Below are positions 19,190-29,525 of a stretch of 63,148 nucleotides of DNA, piece after piece (the first letter of the stretch is position 1; the number at the start of each line of letters is the position of its first letter). The notes beneath the pieces are model-generated. The model was not told the DNA's origin. It did no database searches and saw only the letters and a program-made list of their open reading frames with translations. The stretch is from a virus (Duplodnaviria > Caudoviricetes), in IMG/VR virus record IMGVR_UViG_3300046804_003073, positions 1 through 63,148 of that record, one strand, 5' to 3'. A program made the translations under genes and the position numbers.

Positions 19190-22100
19190 GTGACAGATTT
19201 TGTTCACCTACACTGCCATTCAGAATATTCTCTACTTGATGGAATGTCCACTCCATATGACATTGCCAATGTAGCATCAAATAACGGTCAGTATGCCGTA
19301 TCAATTACAGATCATGGAACTATGGGCGGTGTGCTTAAGTTTCAAGATGCATGCTCAAAGGCCGGTGTAAAGCCAATATTTGGAATTGAATCTTATTTTG
19401 TTGATTCAGTTGCCAACGATGGTGATGGAAAACACGAAAGATTCCATCTAATTCTACTAGCGAAGAACAATCAAGGTTTACAGAAACTGTTCAAAGCAAG
19501 TCAACTTGGCTGGACAAACAATTTCTATTACAAACCCAGGATTGACTTTGAACTATTAGAGGATATTGTTGATGATGACATTATTGCACTGTCTGGTTGC
19601 CTAGGTGGGGCTATCTGTAAAGCTATAGAGGCCGGCAATAGTGGAAGAGCTGAGTATCTATCCGAAAGATTTATCAAGATCTTTGGTGATGACTTCTATT
19701 ATGAAGTTCAGGCTTGGAACCCTGCACATATCAACAAGGGATTATTTGATCTTGCTTCATCATTCGGGAAAAAGCCTGTAGCAACAGCAGACTGTCATTT
19801 CCCGACTTACGATGATCGTGGTCATGAGGAAGTTCTTCTCATGATTTCACAATATCCATCACTCAACGCCGGCGATCTGCGCAAGGCAAAAGAGAACATT
19901 AGGCACGATGGAAACATCATTGAGAAAATGAACTCAATGTATCCCGACCGCTTCCTCAGATTTGATGAAATCAATCCTTATATTGCACCAGCATCAGAGA
20001 TTCAGTCATGGTTTGAAACGGTTGGAATTAACCGAACCGATATCTTAGAAAATACAGCAGAGGTGGCACAAAAATGCACTGCGGAGATCCCGACTAAGAG
20101 GAAACTTCTGCCTAAGTTCATGAAGTCGCTGGACTCAAACGAATACTTGCGTGAAGTATCTATGTTTGAGTTAGAGCGCCGGGGTTATGGAGAAGAGTAT
20201 CGCCAGAGGCTGGAAGAAGAGTTATCAATCATTGGTCGTCTTGGGTTTGCTGACTACTTCTTAATGGTGTGGGACTTGGTAAAGTGGGCTGACAACAATA
20301 ATGTTGGTCGTGGTCCTGGTCGTGGTTCTGTTGGTGGAAGTTTGCTGGCATTCTTGCTTGATATATCAAAGGTTGATCCTATCAAGTATGGTTTGCTGTT
20401 CTCACGATTCTTGAATCCTGAACGAAATGACTATCCCGATATCGATCTTGACTTTGAAGATAAGCGTCGTGATGAAGTCAAAGAATATCTGAGAAGTAGA
20501 TGGGGTAAAGATAATGTTGCGGCTATTTCTATTTATGGAACATTTAAGGCTAAGTCGGTCATTAAAGATATTTCTCGGGTGTATCAAGTTCCGTTTGAGG
20601 AAATCAACAACATCACGCCATTCTTTGAGACTCTTGATGAATTAGAAGAGTCACCTAAGGGGCGTGTGTTCAATTCTAAGTATCCTGACATTATTCCCAT
20701 TGCTCGCAAACTAGAGAATAGAATCAGAACTGCTGGCATTCATGCTGCCGGCATGGTGGTTTCGTCTGTGCCACTGAATGAGGTGTGTCCTGTTGAGACA
20801 CGCAAGAATACAACTGGTGGAGAGAATCGGGCAATGGTGACCGCCTTTGATATGGAGGACGCTGAGGCTGTCGGTTTGATCAAGGTTGATATTCTTGGTT
20901 TGAAGATGGTATCTGTTATCAAGGATTGCATCATGAAGATCAAGGAACTTCATGGTAAGAATGTTATTGATGAGTCACTAGGCCTTGATGACGAGAGCGT
21001 TTTCCAGAACTTTGATGCTGGTAATACGGTCGGTATCTTTCAGGTCGATGCTGCAGCTTATCGTAATCTTATTGAGCGTATGGGCATCTCTAACTTTAAC
21101 GATCTTGTTGTGAGTAACGCCTTGGTTAGACCAGGTGCTCTGCTTTCTCAGGGTCAGAAGTATATTGAGTGTAAGAAAGGCATACAAAGCCCATCGTATC
21201 CTCATCCGTCTGTTAAGAATATATTGGAAGAGACATACGGAACGGTGATCTTTCAGGAACAGTTGATGCAAATGGCGGTGGGCATTTCTGGCTTCACTTG
21301 GGCAGAGGCAGATAAACTTCGTAAGATCATTGGTAAGAAGAGAGATGCTGCTGAGTTTGAGCAGTTCAAAGATAAGTTTGTTAACAATGCAATCATTGAG
21401 AAGTCTGCTGCTAAGAAAATGTGGTCAGAGTTTGAATTAGCGGCTTTGTACATGTTCAACAAATCTCATGCTGTTGCATATTCCATGTTGTCGTATCAGA
21501 CGATGTGGTTAAAGGTACATTATCCAATGGAATTCATCTGGTCACTTCTTTATAATGAAGATGCACAAGATAGAATCACTGCGTATTTGATGGAAGCAAA
21601 TAGGCTTGGAATTAAGATTAATCCGCCCGATGTAAATCTATCAAATGAATCATTCTCCATTGACAGTGATGGAATTAGATTCGGTCTTAGAAATGTAGCC
21701 AACTGCGGTACGAGTGCCATTGAGGAAATCTTGTCTAAGAGACCATTCTCTTCGTTAGAGGAATTTAATGCAAAATGTAGCAAGAGAGCTGTTAACTCAA
21801 AGTTAAGAGACCACTTAGAGAAAGTGGGGGCGTACAAGAGTATTGGTCATGTATCGTCATATGACCATGAGAAGTATTACCTGCCAATATTGGGTTTTGC
21901 TATTAACTTAAATCAAGCGGAAAATGAAATAGACCGCTATGTACAGCCCCTTGCAGACTTCCATGAAATCAACTCTCCTTTGACGTTTGTGAAGGCTGTG
22001 GTGCGTTCTACAAAGAAAACACCACAATACCTCCGTGTGGAAATAGAAGATCAATCTGGGTCAACCACGATCTTCTGCGACCGAAACGCTGAAATCGCTA

Positions 22101-22570
22101 ATAGAGACTTAATTTATGCCTTAATTGGTGATCGTACATTACATAGTTTCTGTGATGCTTATGAATATCACAACTCTGAAATTATGAACTTGACGGAGAT
22201 GATGGATCAAGGGATGGACCATGAATATTCATGGCTATACAATGAAGAACTAGGAACATCAGAATCAGAAAAAAGTCTGATTTACATCTTTAATATAAGA
22301 TCCTTTGTCACATCTAAAGGTAAGAATATGGCAAACATCTATGCCTGGGATGGGGTTAAGATCATAAAGATCGTCATATTCCCAGCGGTATATAACAAAG
22401 TTAAAAGCATTATGAAAGCAAATCACTGGTTTGCAATTAGAATGTCAAAAATTGTTGAGAAAGAATCACTTACTCGACTTGACTCTTATAAACTAGCAAG
22501 TGACAGTTCAATTATTTCTATTGAAGATTATATTGAAAGAAAGGGTCTGACAAAAGATGTTTATGTTTGA
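19190..22570 (+). CDS. dnaE: DNA polymerase III alpha subunit
   Basis: PHP 'HLHCHSEYSLLDG', 'GRGSVGGS', 'PDIDLDF', 'FNKSHAVAY'; no intein-sized insertion. Confidence 0.97.
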   Translation: MTDFVHLHCHSEYSLLDGMSTPYDIANVASNNGQYAVSITDHGTMGGVLKFQDACSKAGVKPIFGIESYFVDSVANDGDGKHERFHLILLAKNNQGLQKLFKASQLGWTNNFYYKPRIDFELLEDIVDDDIIALSGCLGGAICKAIEAGNSGRAEYLSERFIKIFGDDFYYEVQAWNPAHINKGLFDLASSFGKKPVATADCHFPTYDDRGHEEVLLMISQYPSLNAGDLRKAKENIRHDGNIIEKMNSMYPDRFLRFDEINPYIAPASEIQSWFETVGINRTDILENTAEVAQKCTAEIPTKRKLLPKFMKSLDSNEYLREVSMFELERRGYGEEYRQRLEEELSIIGRLGFADYFLMVWDLVKWADNNNVGRGPGRGSVGGSLLAFLLDISKVDPIKYGLLFSRFLNPERNDYPDIDLDFEDKRRDEVKEYLRSRWGKDNVAAISIYGTFKAKSVIKDISRVYQVPFEEINNITPFFETLDELEESPKGRVFNSKYPDIIPIARKLENRIRTAGIHAAGMVVSSVPLNEVCPVETRKNTTGGENRAMVTAFDMEDAEAVGLIKVDILGLKMVSVIKDCIMKIKELHGKNVIDESLGLDDESVFQNFDAGNTVGIFQVDAAAYRNLIERMGISNFNDLVVSNALVRPGALLSQGQKYIECKKGIQSPSYPHPSVKNILEETYGTVIFQEQLMQMAVGISGFTWAEADKLRKIIGKKRDAAEFEQFKDKFVNNAIIEKSAAKKMWSEFELAALYMFNKSHAVAYSMLSYQTMWLKVHYPMEFIWSLLYNEDAQDRITAYLMEANRLGIKINPPDVNLSNESFSIDSDGIRFGLRNVANCGTSAIEEILSKRPFSSLEEFNAKCSKRAVNSKLRDHLEKVGAYKSIGHVSSYDHEKYYLPILGFAINLNQAENEIDRYVQPLADFHEINSPLTFVKAVVRSTKKTPQYLRVEIEDQSGSTTIFCDRNAEIANRDLIYALIGDRTLHSFCDAYEYHNSEIMNLTEMMDQGMDHEYSWLYNEELGTSESEKSLIYIFNIRSFVTSKGKNMANIYAWDGVKIIKIVIFPAVYNKVKSIMKANHWFAIRMSKIVEKESLTRLDSYKLASDSSIISIEDYIERKGLTKDVYV

Positions 22571-23201
22571 TACAGAATCAATAGCAAAATTACCATATGC
22601 CAATTCTCATGGCTCTGACGGTACTCATCTTGGCGCTGGAGTTTTATACTTTAGTATTCCATACATGCTTAAAGCAAAGGTTTGTGTTTGTTTAGGATCT
22701 GGATCTGGTTTTGTTCCTAAATTGATGGCTGAAGCACAAAGGCAACTACAAAAAGAGACCCCTGGCGTTCCTCATAAAGTTTATTTAGTAGACGCAGACA
22801 TTGGGCCATGGGGAAGACCAGAATATAGCGATGAAATTGATGGGTATCCAGAGATCAAGGTCATTAGAAAATTAACAGATGATGCTGTTGAAATGTTTGA
22901 TAAAGAGATAAATTATTTACATGTAGATGCTGATCATAGTTATGATCAAGTTTTTAGAGATTTGACGAATTACATTGTAAAAATGTCGGGCGATTGGGCG
23001 ATAACTGTACATGATACATATAATTATCAAAACCCCGAATATCCAGAAATCGGCTGTTACTTAGCAATGAAGGAATTTGCCAGTATTCATGATTTTAATT
23101 TTGTAAATTTTAATATCGGATGCGGTACTGGATTGATAACGCCAAGGAGGGAGATGAACTGTGACAAAGAAATGGGAATATCTGATATCACCGGATTTTG
23201 A
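22557..23201 (+). CDS. Class I SAM-dependent methyltransferase (Methyltransf_24-like)
   Basis: 'VCLGSGSG', 'LHVDADHSYD', 'VHDT'. Confidence 0.75.
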   Translation: MFMFDTESIAKLPYANSHGSDGTHLGAGVLYFSIPYMLKAKVCVCLGSGSGFVPKLMAEAQRQLQKETPGVPHKVYLVDADIGPWGRPEYSDEIDGYPEIKVIRKLTDDAVEMFDKEINYLHVDADHSYDQVFRDLTNYIVKMSGDWAITVHDTYNYQNPEYPEIGCYLAMKEFASIHDFNFVNFNIGCGTGLITPRREMNCDKEMGISDITGF

Positions 23202-23667
23202 GATAAGAAGAATAATAACATCACATTATCTTAGTGATTGCGATACGATAATTGATGTTGGTGCATATAAAAAGAAATTGCCTATAAATAAGAATGCTAC
23301 AATTCATACGATTGATCCACTATCAACAATAAATAGGGCATTTCATGGAACATTCTCTGAATGGCTGGAATCATCTCCATATTTACATGGGAAAATAGGA
23401 ATAGCCCTGCTTGGATTTGATTTTGAAGGAAATGAAAAAGAAATGAATGATTTATTTCAGTTCCTCAAAACATGTCATGCCATTGTGTTAGAATATGCAA
23501 TATTACATGAACCATCACGAATGCAAATACAAGAAGTTATAAATCAAGTAGTTGATTATTTTGATATATCATCAACAATTCATCTTGATCTACCAAAAAC
23601 TCAATACGATGGATTTCCCACGTTTGCAGAAAGAGTTATTTATGTTCTCAAAAGAAAGAAGGTATAA
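23161..23667 (+). CDS. Putative methyltransferase-like protein
   Basis: 'IIDVGAY...TIDP' resembles a SAM-binding motif. Confidence 0.45.
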   Translation: MTKKWEYLISPDFEIRRIITSHYLSDCDTIIDVGAYKKKLPINKNATIHTIDPLSTINRAFHGTFSEWLESSPYLHGKIGIALLGFDFEGNEKEMNDLFQFLKTCHAIVLEYAILHEPSRMQIQEVINQVVDYFDISSTIHLDLPKTQYDGFPTFAERVIYVLKRKKV

Positions 23668-24584
23668 TGCTTTTTATAGATAAGCGCAAGGGCGATAAGA
23701 TGCCCACACATGAAGTAATTCCTACACCGAGTCTAGGTTTGAATAAAGCTCTAGGCGGTGGATTGAATACAGGTGCAACACATCTATTCTGGGGTACACC
23801 GTCAGTTGGAAAAACAACGATGTGCTTTAGAATTATTGCAAATGCACAAAAAATGGGTTATCGACCCATAATTGTAGATTCAGAATATTCTTATTCTGAT
23901 GAATATGCCAGGAAATGCGGTATAGACACCGATGATATTGTTGTTGTGCAATCAACCGTGGTTGAAGATATATTAAAGCATTTAATTGGTTATCTTAATC
24001 ATCCAGATGAGAAGCATATTTTCTTGTTTGATAGTTTGTCTAATATTATCAAAGAAGAATTCTATGATAAACCTGATGGTGGTAAAGCAATGGGGCTTCA
24101 GGCTAGATCTCAGGGGTATTTCCTTCAGAAGTTAGTAAATCATCTTCATAAAGAAAGAAATATAATGTTATTTATTGCTCATCAAACAATTGATCTTAGC
24201 GGCATGTATGCTGTAACTAAGGCAAAGATGGGCAATACTGTACACCATAATATGCATAACATTGTTAAACTTTTCCTTTCTATGTCACAAAAGGAAATGG
24301 AGAGAGATGAATCAAGCAGAATCACAAGCCAAAGAGCAACTTGGACAATTGAAAAGACAAAACAACTCCCGACAATTGGAACGACAGGATATTACTTTGT
24401 CCTACCAGAAAAGGGATCAATTGATCAAGATAGAGAACTTATTGAAATGGCTATTGAGAGTAATATCATTGAGCGTCGTGGTGCTTGGTATAGTTATAAT
24501 GATTCTAGATGGAACGGTCTTGGGTCAATAGAACTGACTGATGAACAGAAGGAAGAGATCTATACTGCTATAATGGAAAAGTAA
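23667..24584 (+). CDS. recA: RecA/UvsX-like recombinase
   Basis: 'TPSLGLNKALGGG', GTPSVGKTT, 'DSL', 'RGAWYSY'. Confidence 0.92.
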   Translation: MLFIDKRKGDKMPTHEVIPTPSLGLNKALGGGLNTGATHLFWGTPSVGKTTMCFRIIANAQKMGYRPIIVDSEYSYSDEYARKCGIDTDDIVVVQSTVVEDILKHLIGYLNHPDEKHIFLFDSLSNIIKEEFYDKPDGGKAMGLQARSQGYFLQKLVNHLHKERNIMLFIAHQTIDLSGMYAVTKAKMGNTVHHNMHNIVKLFLSMSQKEMERDESSRITSQRATWTIEKTKQLPTIGTTGYYFVLPEKGSIDQDRELIEMAIESNIIERRGAWYSYNDSRWNGLGSIELTDEQKEEIYTAIMEK

Positions 24585-25786
24585 TGTACTTTTCAATGCA
24601 TACAGATCAGCATATTAAAGATGCTGTGAATATTTTTGGTTATGCCTACGGATATAGCAGAATATGTCATCACTTCGGTCAGTTTAAATATAAAAATAAA
24701 AATTTACAAGTTCTACAAAATGACCCTAAGGCTGGCGTTCAAATGTTCTATATGGAACCTGAATGGTACAACCTTAGGAATATGCAAAACCTAAGATCTG
24801 GTCGATTTAAAAAGTTCTACGATCATCAGTTTAAAATTTATGGTACTCATCTAGAGGCAACTAAAGTTTGGAGTCATTGGATAGAACCAATGAATCAAGT
24901 TGATGAAATTTGGGTTGGGAATAATTTTGCAGCAGAGGCTGTTATAAACTCTGGAGTAAAAACTCCTGTCTATGTTTTTGAACATGGAATTGATGATATG
25001 TGGAAACCAAAGAGGAGAGGCGACGGTAGGAAAGTAAAATTTCTCCACGTTGATTCAGGATCTCCACGAAAAAGGGCTGATCTTGTAGAGCAGGCATTCA
25101 TAATGTTATTTGGTAATAATCCAGATGCAGAGTTAACATTGAAATATCACACACATGAAGCCCAAGGCAATGTTGGCATTTCAAAGTTGTTCACAAATAT
25201 AAATAAAATATTTAAAACACTCTCACAAGATGAAATGGTGGATCTCTTTTATGACCACGATGTTCTTGTGTATCCATCAGAAGGTGAGGGCTTTGGGTTT
25301 ATACCGTTACAAGCCCTGGCAACAGGAATGCCAGTTATATCTACTGGTCGGTGGTGTTCTTATGAGAAATACTTTAAAGATCATATCATAGACTCCAAAA
25401 TAGGTCCGACAACCTATACTGGGTATTTTGAAGGCGAAGTTGTTATAGCAGAATTTGATTCTCTTGTGGAAATCATGCTGGATGTTTATAACAGTATTGA
25501 TTCAGTCTGTGAATCGTATTATAAGCAAGCCCCGGCTGTTTATAAAGAATATAACTGGCAAACTAGATGTGATTCAATGTTGAATGACTTTATAGCCAGG
25601 GTCGGGACTGGTCCTTTCAAAGAATGCAAAGATTATAAGCATCATGAATTTGCTATCAAATATACGGGTAATGGGACATTCACAACTAGATGTGGAACAA
25701 AATTCAGTAAAGAAAATAGAGTATTGAATGTCAGTCAAGAGTTATATGACTATCTGATCTCCCAAGATCAGTTTACAATGGCATAA
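24584..25786 (+). CDS. GT-B (GT4-like) glycosyltransferase
   Basis: 'VYPSEGEGFGFIPLQALATGMPVI'. Confidence 0.88.
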   Translation: MYFSMHTDQHIKDAVNIFGYAYGYSRICHHFGQFKYKNKNLQVLQNDPKAGVQMFYMEPEWYNLRNMQNLRSGRFKKFYDHQFKIYGTHLEATKVWSHWIEPMNQVDEIWVGNNFAAEAVINSGVKTPVYVFEHGIDDMWKPKRRGDGRKVKFLHVDSGSPRKRADLVEQAFIMLFGNNPDAELTLKYHTHEAQGNVGISKLFTNINKIFKTLSQDEMVDLFYDHDVLVYPSEGEGFGFIPLQALATGMPVISTGRWCSYEKYFKDHIIDSKIGPTTYTGYFEGEVVIAEFDSLVEIMLDVYNSIDSVCESYYKQAPAVYKEYNWQTRCDSMLNDFIARVGTGPFKECKDYKHHEFAIKYTGNGTFTTRCGTKFSKENRVLNVSQELYDYLISQDQFTMA

Positions 25787-25863
25787 TTTTTTTATAAATA
25801 ATTTCTTAATCCGTCAATGTTCTCCGTGATGGTGGTAGGATCTTGATGACCATAGGAGGGATT

Positions 25864-26271
25864 ATGCAAACATTTTTGCCGTTACCTGATTTTAAAAAAT
25901 CAGTAGAAGTATTAGATTATAGAAGACTTGGTAAGCAAAGAGTTGAAACATACCAGGTTCTCAATATTCTTCTTAATAGAACTGACAGCAAGGGCTGGGT
26001 AAATCACCCAGTTACCAGAATGTGGAGAGGGTTTGAAGAGGCTTTGAAGATTTATCAGAACTTCACCATCACTGAATGGATTCGGAGAGGCTATAATAAT
26101 AATATGTCTTTTGAGATAGTTGACGAATCAAAAGTAGTAATACCGTTTTGGTTTGGCGATGACAGGCTCCATCGCTCGCACAGATCTAACCTTCTCAGAA
26201 AAGATTACGATTATTATTCAAAGTTCTTTAATGAGCCGACAGATCTTGAGTATTATTGGGCGGTTCAATGA
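25864..26271 (+). CDS. MSMEG_6728-family / pyrimidine-dimer DNA glycosylase-like protein
   Basis: 'MQTFLP..DF...LD.RRLGKQRVE...HP..RMWRG...SHRSNLLRKD'; own extended -10 (TGGTAGGAT) and GGAGG RBS. Confidence 0.8.
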   Translation: MQTFLPLPDFKKSVEVLDYRRLGKQRVETYQVLNILLNRTDSKGWVNHPVTRMWRGFEEALKIYQNFTITEWIRRGYNNNMSFEIVDESKVVIPFWFGDDRLHRSHRSNLLRKDYDYYSKFFNEPTDLEYYWAVQ

Positions 26272-26567
26272 AAAGAAATGAAAAAGATGAGATTAAAAGA
26301 GATAAGGCTAAAGCCGTTAAAAACTCCGGCAGGGGATTTAACAAAGGTGACGCTACTTATCATAATTTCCTGGTTGATTATAAACATAATGGATCAACTT
26401 TTACTCTTAGCAGAGAAGCATGGATTAAAATGAGAAAAGATAGTTGGAGATCTAACTATAGATATCCATGTATATCCGTTGTTCTGGGTGAAGATTCAGA
26501 CACAAAGGTAGCAATAATAGACTGGGACGTTTTCAACGACCTAATTGGTGGAAGCGAGTATGAGTGA
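26268..26567 (+). CDS. Putative Holliday-junction resolvase / PD-(D/E)xK nuclease
   Basis: 'NSGRG..KGDA....LVDYK'. Confidence 0.6.
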   Translation: MKRNEKDEIKRDKAKAVKNSGRGFNKGDATYHNFLVDYKHNGSTFTLSREAWIKMRKDSWRSNYRYPCISVVLGEDSDTKVAIIDWDVFNDLIGGSEYE

Positions 26568-26664
26568 GTTTATATTCGGCTTCATTGCTGGTGTTGTTAC
26601 TAGCATAGGATCGTTGATGTATCTCATATACGATGTTTACTACAAATCACAGAAAGATGATTAA
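26560..26664 (+). CDS. Small membrane protein (34 aa)
   Basis: MSEFIFGFIAGVVTSIGSLMYLIY... fills the gap with coupled start and stop. Confidence 0.5.
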   Translation: MSEFIFGFIAGVVTSIGSLMYLIYDVYYKSQKDD

Positions 26665-28155
26665 ATGACATTAAAATTTGGCTCTTTATTCGCTGGAGTT
26701 GGCGGATTTGATTTGGGCTTTGAAAATGCCGGCTGGGAATGCAGTTGGCAAGTTGAGTGGGATAAGAATTGTCAATCTGTTCTATCTCATGTATGGCCCA
26801 ATACACAGAAATATCTTGATGTTCAAGATGTTGATGGTGGAAAGATTGAACCAGTAGATTTAATTACATTTGGCTCACCGTGTCAGGATTTGTCTGTAGC
26901 AGGCAAAAGGGCTGGGCTTGATGGTAAAAGATCTTCAATGTTTTTTGAAGCAACTAGAATAATACAGGAGATGAGAAATGCAACAGGAAATATATACCCA
27001 AGATTCGCTGTTTGGGAAAACGTCCCAGGTGCCCTCACAAGCAATAAAGGACAAGACTTCGCAGCAGTCCTTGACGAAATGGCAAACATCGGGGCATTGG
27101 CAATTGAATGGCATGTCTTGGATGCACAATGGTTTGGAGTCCCACATAGACGGAGAAGAGTGTTCCTCGTTGCTTGTTTCGATTCTGCAATCGTTGGAAG
27201 ATGTGGAACACAAATATTACCTGTCCCCCAAGACAGCAAAGGGGATCTTAAGAAGAGCAGAAAGAAGAGAAAACAAAGTGCCAGAGCCTCTAAGAACAGC
27301 ACTGGAGAAGTTAGCTTCCCAGTGTACGGATTCAACCACAAAAACGGAATAGACGCTCAAATATCAGAAGATGCTTTCCCGCCAATGAGGAGAGAAAGCA
27401 CTGGTAATGCCGTTGCTCAACCATTAGAAGATAAAACTCTTTTTGGTCGGACTGGCTATGCCAGTTATACTGAGGGAGAAAGTATTTTAGCAGCATCAAC
27501 TGCTAAAAGACCAGAAGAGAATCTTGTTGTTCATGGTCAAGAATCATTTGTGAAAGTAATCCGTTCAGGCGCTAGAGATGCAGAAGGTAATTTGCCTCCT
27601 GAAGTATGGGCACAAGATGATACTAGTCCAACTCTTAATTCTTTTGATAATACCGGAGAGTCAAGATCAACAGTTTTAATTCTGGATGGAACAAGAGTTG
27701 ATGATATAAGGGTGTATGAAGATAACATAATGCCTACATTGAAAGCACGAATGGGAACTGGTGGTGGTCAAGTTCCTCTGATAGCAGACAAGGGTGCAAT
27801 CCCCATTCAGGGAACCATTATTGGTCGCTCTGATACAGCAGGACCGGCTGGAAAGGGGTTTGGTGATGTAAATGACCCGTCTTATACATTAGATACCGTA
27901 TCTCAGCATGGTGTTTGTACTCCTGAATTGGTTCTTAGGAGATTGACACCAGTTGAATGTGAAAGACTTATGGGGATGCCAGATAATCATACAAAATATG
28001 GTGAGAATGGCAAGATTATATCTGATACTAATAGATATAAAATGATAGGTAATGCCGTTGCTGTTCCAGTCGCAGAATGGGTCGGGAAAGAAATCAAAAA
28101 AATAGTTGATTATAGTGGTACTATAGATAGGATGGTAGAACAATGGCAGATATAA
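26665..28155 (+). CDS. dcm: DNA (cytosine-5)-methyltransferase with a long variable region
   Basis: FAGVGG, GSPCQD, WENVPG, RRRVF, 'RRLTPVECERLMG', 'IGNAV'. Confidence 0.95.
   Translation: MTLKFGSLFAGVGGFDLGFENAGWECSWQVEWDKNCQSVLSHVWPNTQKYLDVQDVDGGKIEPVDLITFGSPCQDLSVAGKRAGLDGKRSSMFFEATRIIQEMRNATGNIYPRFAVWENVPGALTSNKGQDFAAVLDEMANIGALAIEWHVLDAQWFGVPHRRRRVFLVACFDSAIVGRCGTQILPVPQDSKGDLKKSRKKRKQSARASKNSTGEVSFPVYGFNHKNGIDAQISEDAFPPMRRESTGNAVAQPLEDKTLFGRTGYASYTEGESILAASTAKRPEENLVVHGQESFVKVIRSGARDAEGNLPPEVWAQDDTSPTLNSFDNTGESRSTVLILDGTRVDDIRVYEDNIMPTLKARMGTGGGQVPLIADKGAIPIQGTIIGRSDTAGPAGKGFGDVNDPSYTLDTVSQHGVCTPELVLRRLTPVECERLMGMPDNHTKYGENGKIISDTNRYKMIGNAVAVPVAEWVGKEIKKIVDYSGTIDRMVEQWQI
26978..27352 (+). 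CDS. Nested alternative-frame ORF resembling the M.EcoHK31I beta polypeptide
   Basis: AGGAG upstream; 'DKTS...W..SG...WM.N.LE...EEC...KYYLSPKTAKGILRRAERR...P..L..AL'; similarity recalled, not computed. Confidence 0.6.
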   Translation: MQQEIYTQDSLFGKTSQVPSQAIKDKTSQQSLTKWQTSGHWQLNGMSWMHNGLESHIDGEECSSLLVSILQSLEDVEHKYYLSPKTAKGILRRAERRENKVPEPLRTALEKLASQCTDSTTKTE

Positions 28156-28460
28156 TAGTTGATCCAAACTGGTTAGCTAACCAGATGGGTGATAGAGCTG
28201 ATGAATTTCTTGAATGCATGAGAATAGTTCAGGACATCATTGATAATCCTGATTTTTATGTAGGTGCTCAGGCTTTGAAGTATGCTAATATACTTGCTGG
28301 ATATCGTACAATGATGATAGTTAAATCACAAGCTTTTAAAAGAAAATCAAGCATGATGAACGATCAAGATAAGTTTGTTAATGATGTTTGGAAAACGATG
28401 TATGAGGCATTAGTAGAAAATATTAATGTCTTGAAAATAATTGGAAAAGGTAATAACTAG
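28143..28460 (+). CDS. Hypothetical protein
   Basis: Extended -10 TGGTACTAT upstream; coupled to the next gene. Confidence 0.6.
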   Translation: MADIIVDPNWLANQMGDRADEFLECMRIVQDIIDNPDFYVGAQALKYANILAGYRTMMIVKSQAFKRKSSMMNDQDKFVNDVWKTMYEALVENINVLKIIGKGNN

Positions 28461-29227
28461 TGAAATCATTAAATGCACTTAAAGCACCTAAACAAGATAA
28501 AGTAGTAGAAGAAGAAGTTCCATCTAAAAGCTCTGCACAACTTGAAGCAGAGTTGATTGAAAAAATAGATCTCTCCTTTTCTGATAGAAATTCTAAGCAG
28601 ATTAAAAAAGTTGGTGGTTTCCACCCCAGTTATACAAATCAGTGTGCCCGTTATTGGTATTACCTGTTTGAAGGCATTGAAATGGAAACATCATTCAGTC
28701 CCCAAACACATAGAATCTTTGATAATGGTCATGCTGTACACGAAAGAATTTATGGTTATCTGAGAAATATGGGGATCCTGGTTGCAGAAGAAATTCCTGT
28801 TACATATCAAGATCCGCCGATTGAAGGAACTGCCGATGGAATTATTGACTTCTATGGTCATAAGTTAATTGAACTTAAGTCAATTTCAAATGAAGGTTTT
28901 GAATATAGAAGAATTTATAATAAACCAAAAGATGATCACTTCCGTCAGGCTCAAATTTATATGAGATGCCTTGATTTAGATCAGGCTTTTGTTATTTATG
29001 AAAATAAAAATAACCAACAGATTTTACCTATACTAATAGACAAAGATGATGACTTTATTGATAAATTATTCGCTAAATACAGGAAGTTTTATAAAAACTT
29101 CACAGAGGGTACAATTCCTGACCAACCATACAAGATGACTTCAAAAAATTGTAGTAATTGCGACTTGTACTCTCATTGCTGGTCGGTCTCAAATGGGAGT
29201 AAGAAAACAGAGTACGAACCTTTTTAA
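28460..29227 (+). CDS. Cas4-like/PD-(D/E)xK exonuclease
   Basis: 'PS..NQCAR', 'GHAVHE', 'GTADG...IELKS', 'QAQIY', C-terminal CxxC...C. Confidence 0.85.
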   Translation: MKSLNALKAPKQDKVVEEEVPSKSSAQLEAELIEKIDLSFSDRNSKQIKKVGGFHPSYTNQCARYWYYLFEGIEMETSFSPQTHRIFDNGHAVHERIYGYLRNMGILVAEEIPVTYQDPPIEGTADGIIDFYGHKLIELKSISNEGFEYRRIYNKPKDDHFRQAQIYMRCLDLDQAFVIYENKNNQQILPILIDKDDDFIDKLFAKYRKFYKNFTEGTIPDQPYKMTSKNCSNCDLYSHCWSVSNGSKKTEYEPF

Positions 29228-29525
29228 AGAAAGGATTTGTATAAATGAGGAATGCTCTAAAACTTTCTTGCCAAAGACATATAATGGTGTTTACTGTTCT
29301 GTCGAGTGTAGAAAGTTAGTAACAAATAGAAAGCTTTTAGAGAAATACTATACTGCAAAATCAAATAGAACAAAAAAAAGAATTTGTAGTACAAAAAATT
29401 GCACTACAATATTGTCAATTTATAATAAAGAAAAGATATGTGAGCGTTGTAAAACAGAAAGATTTATTTTACGTCTTGTGTCTTGGGGCTGGGACGAAAA
29501 ACAACTTAGGGATGAAATGCAATGA
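29193..29525 (+). CDS. Cys-rich hypothetical protein
   Basis: Multiple CxxxC/CxxC pairs. Confidence 0.55.
   Translation: MGVRKQSTNLFKERICINEECSKTFLPKTYNGVYCSVECRKLVTNRKLLEKYYTAKSNRTKKRICSTKNCTTILSIYNKEKICERCKTERFILRLVSWGWDEKQLRDEMQ

Noticed and set aside
28460-29227. Cas4 as part of a CRISPR-Cas system
   Set aside because: Stand-alone Cas4-like nucleases are common in phage recombination modules; no cas1 or cas2 is present.
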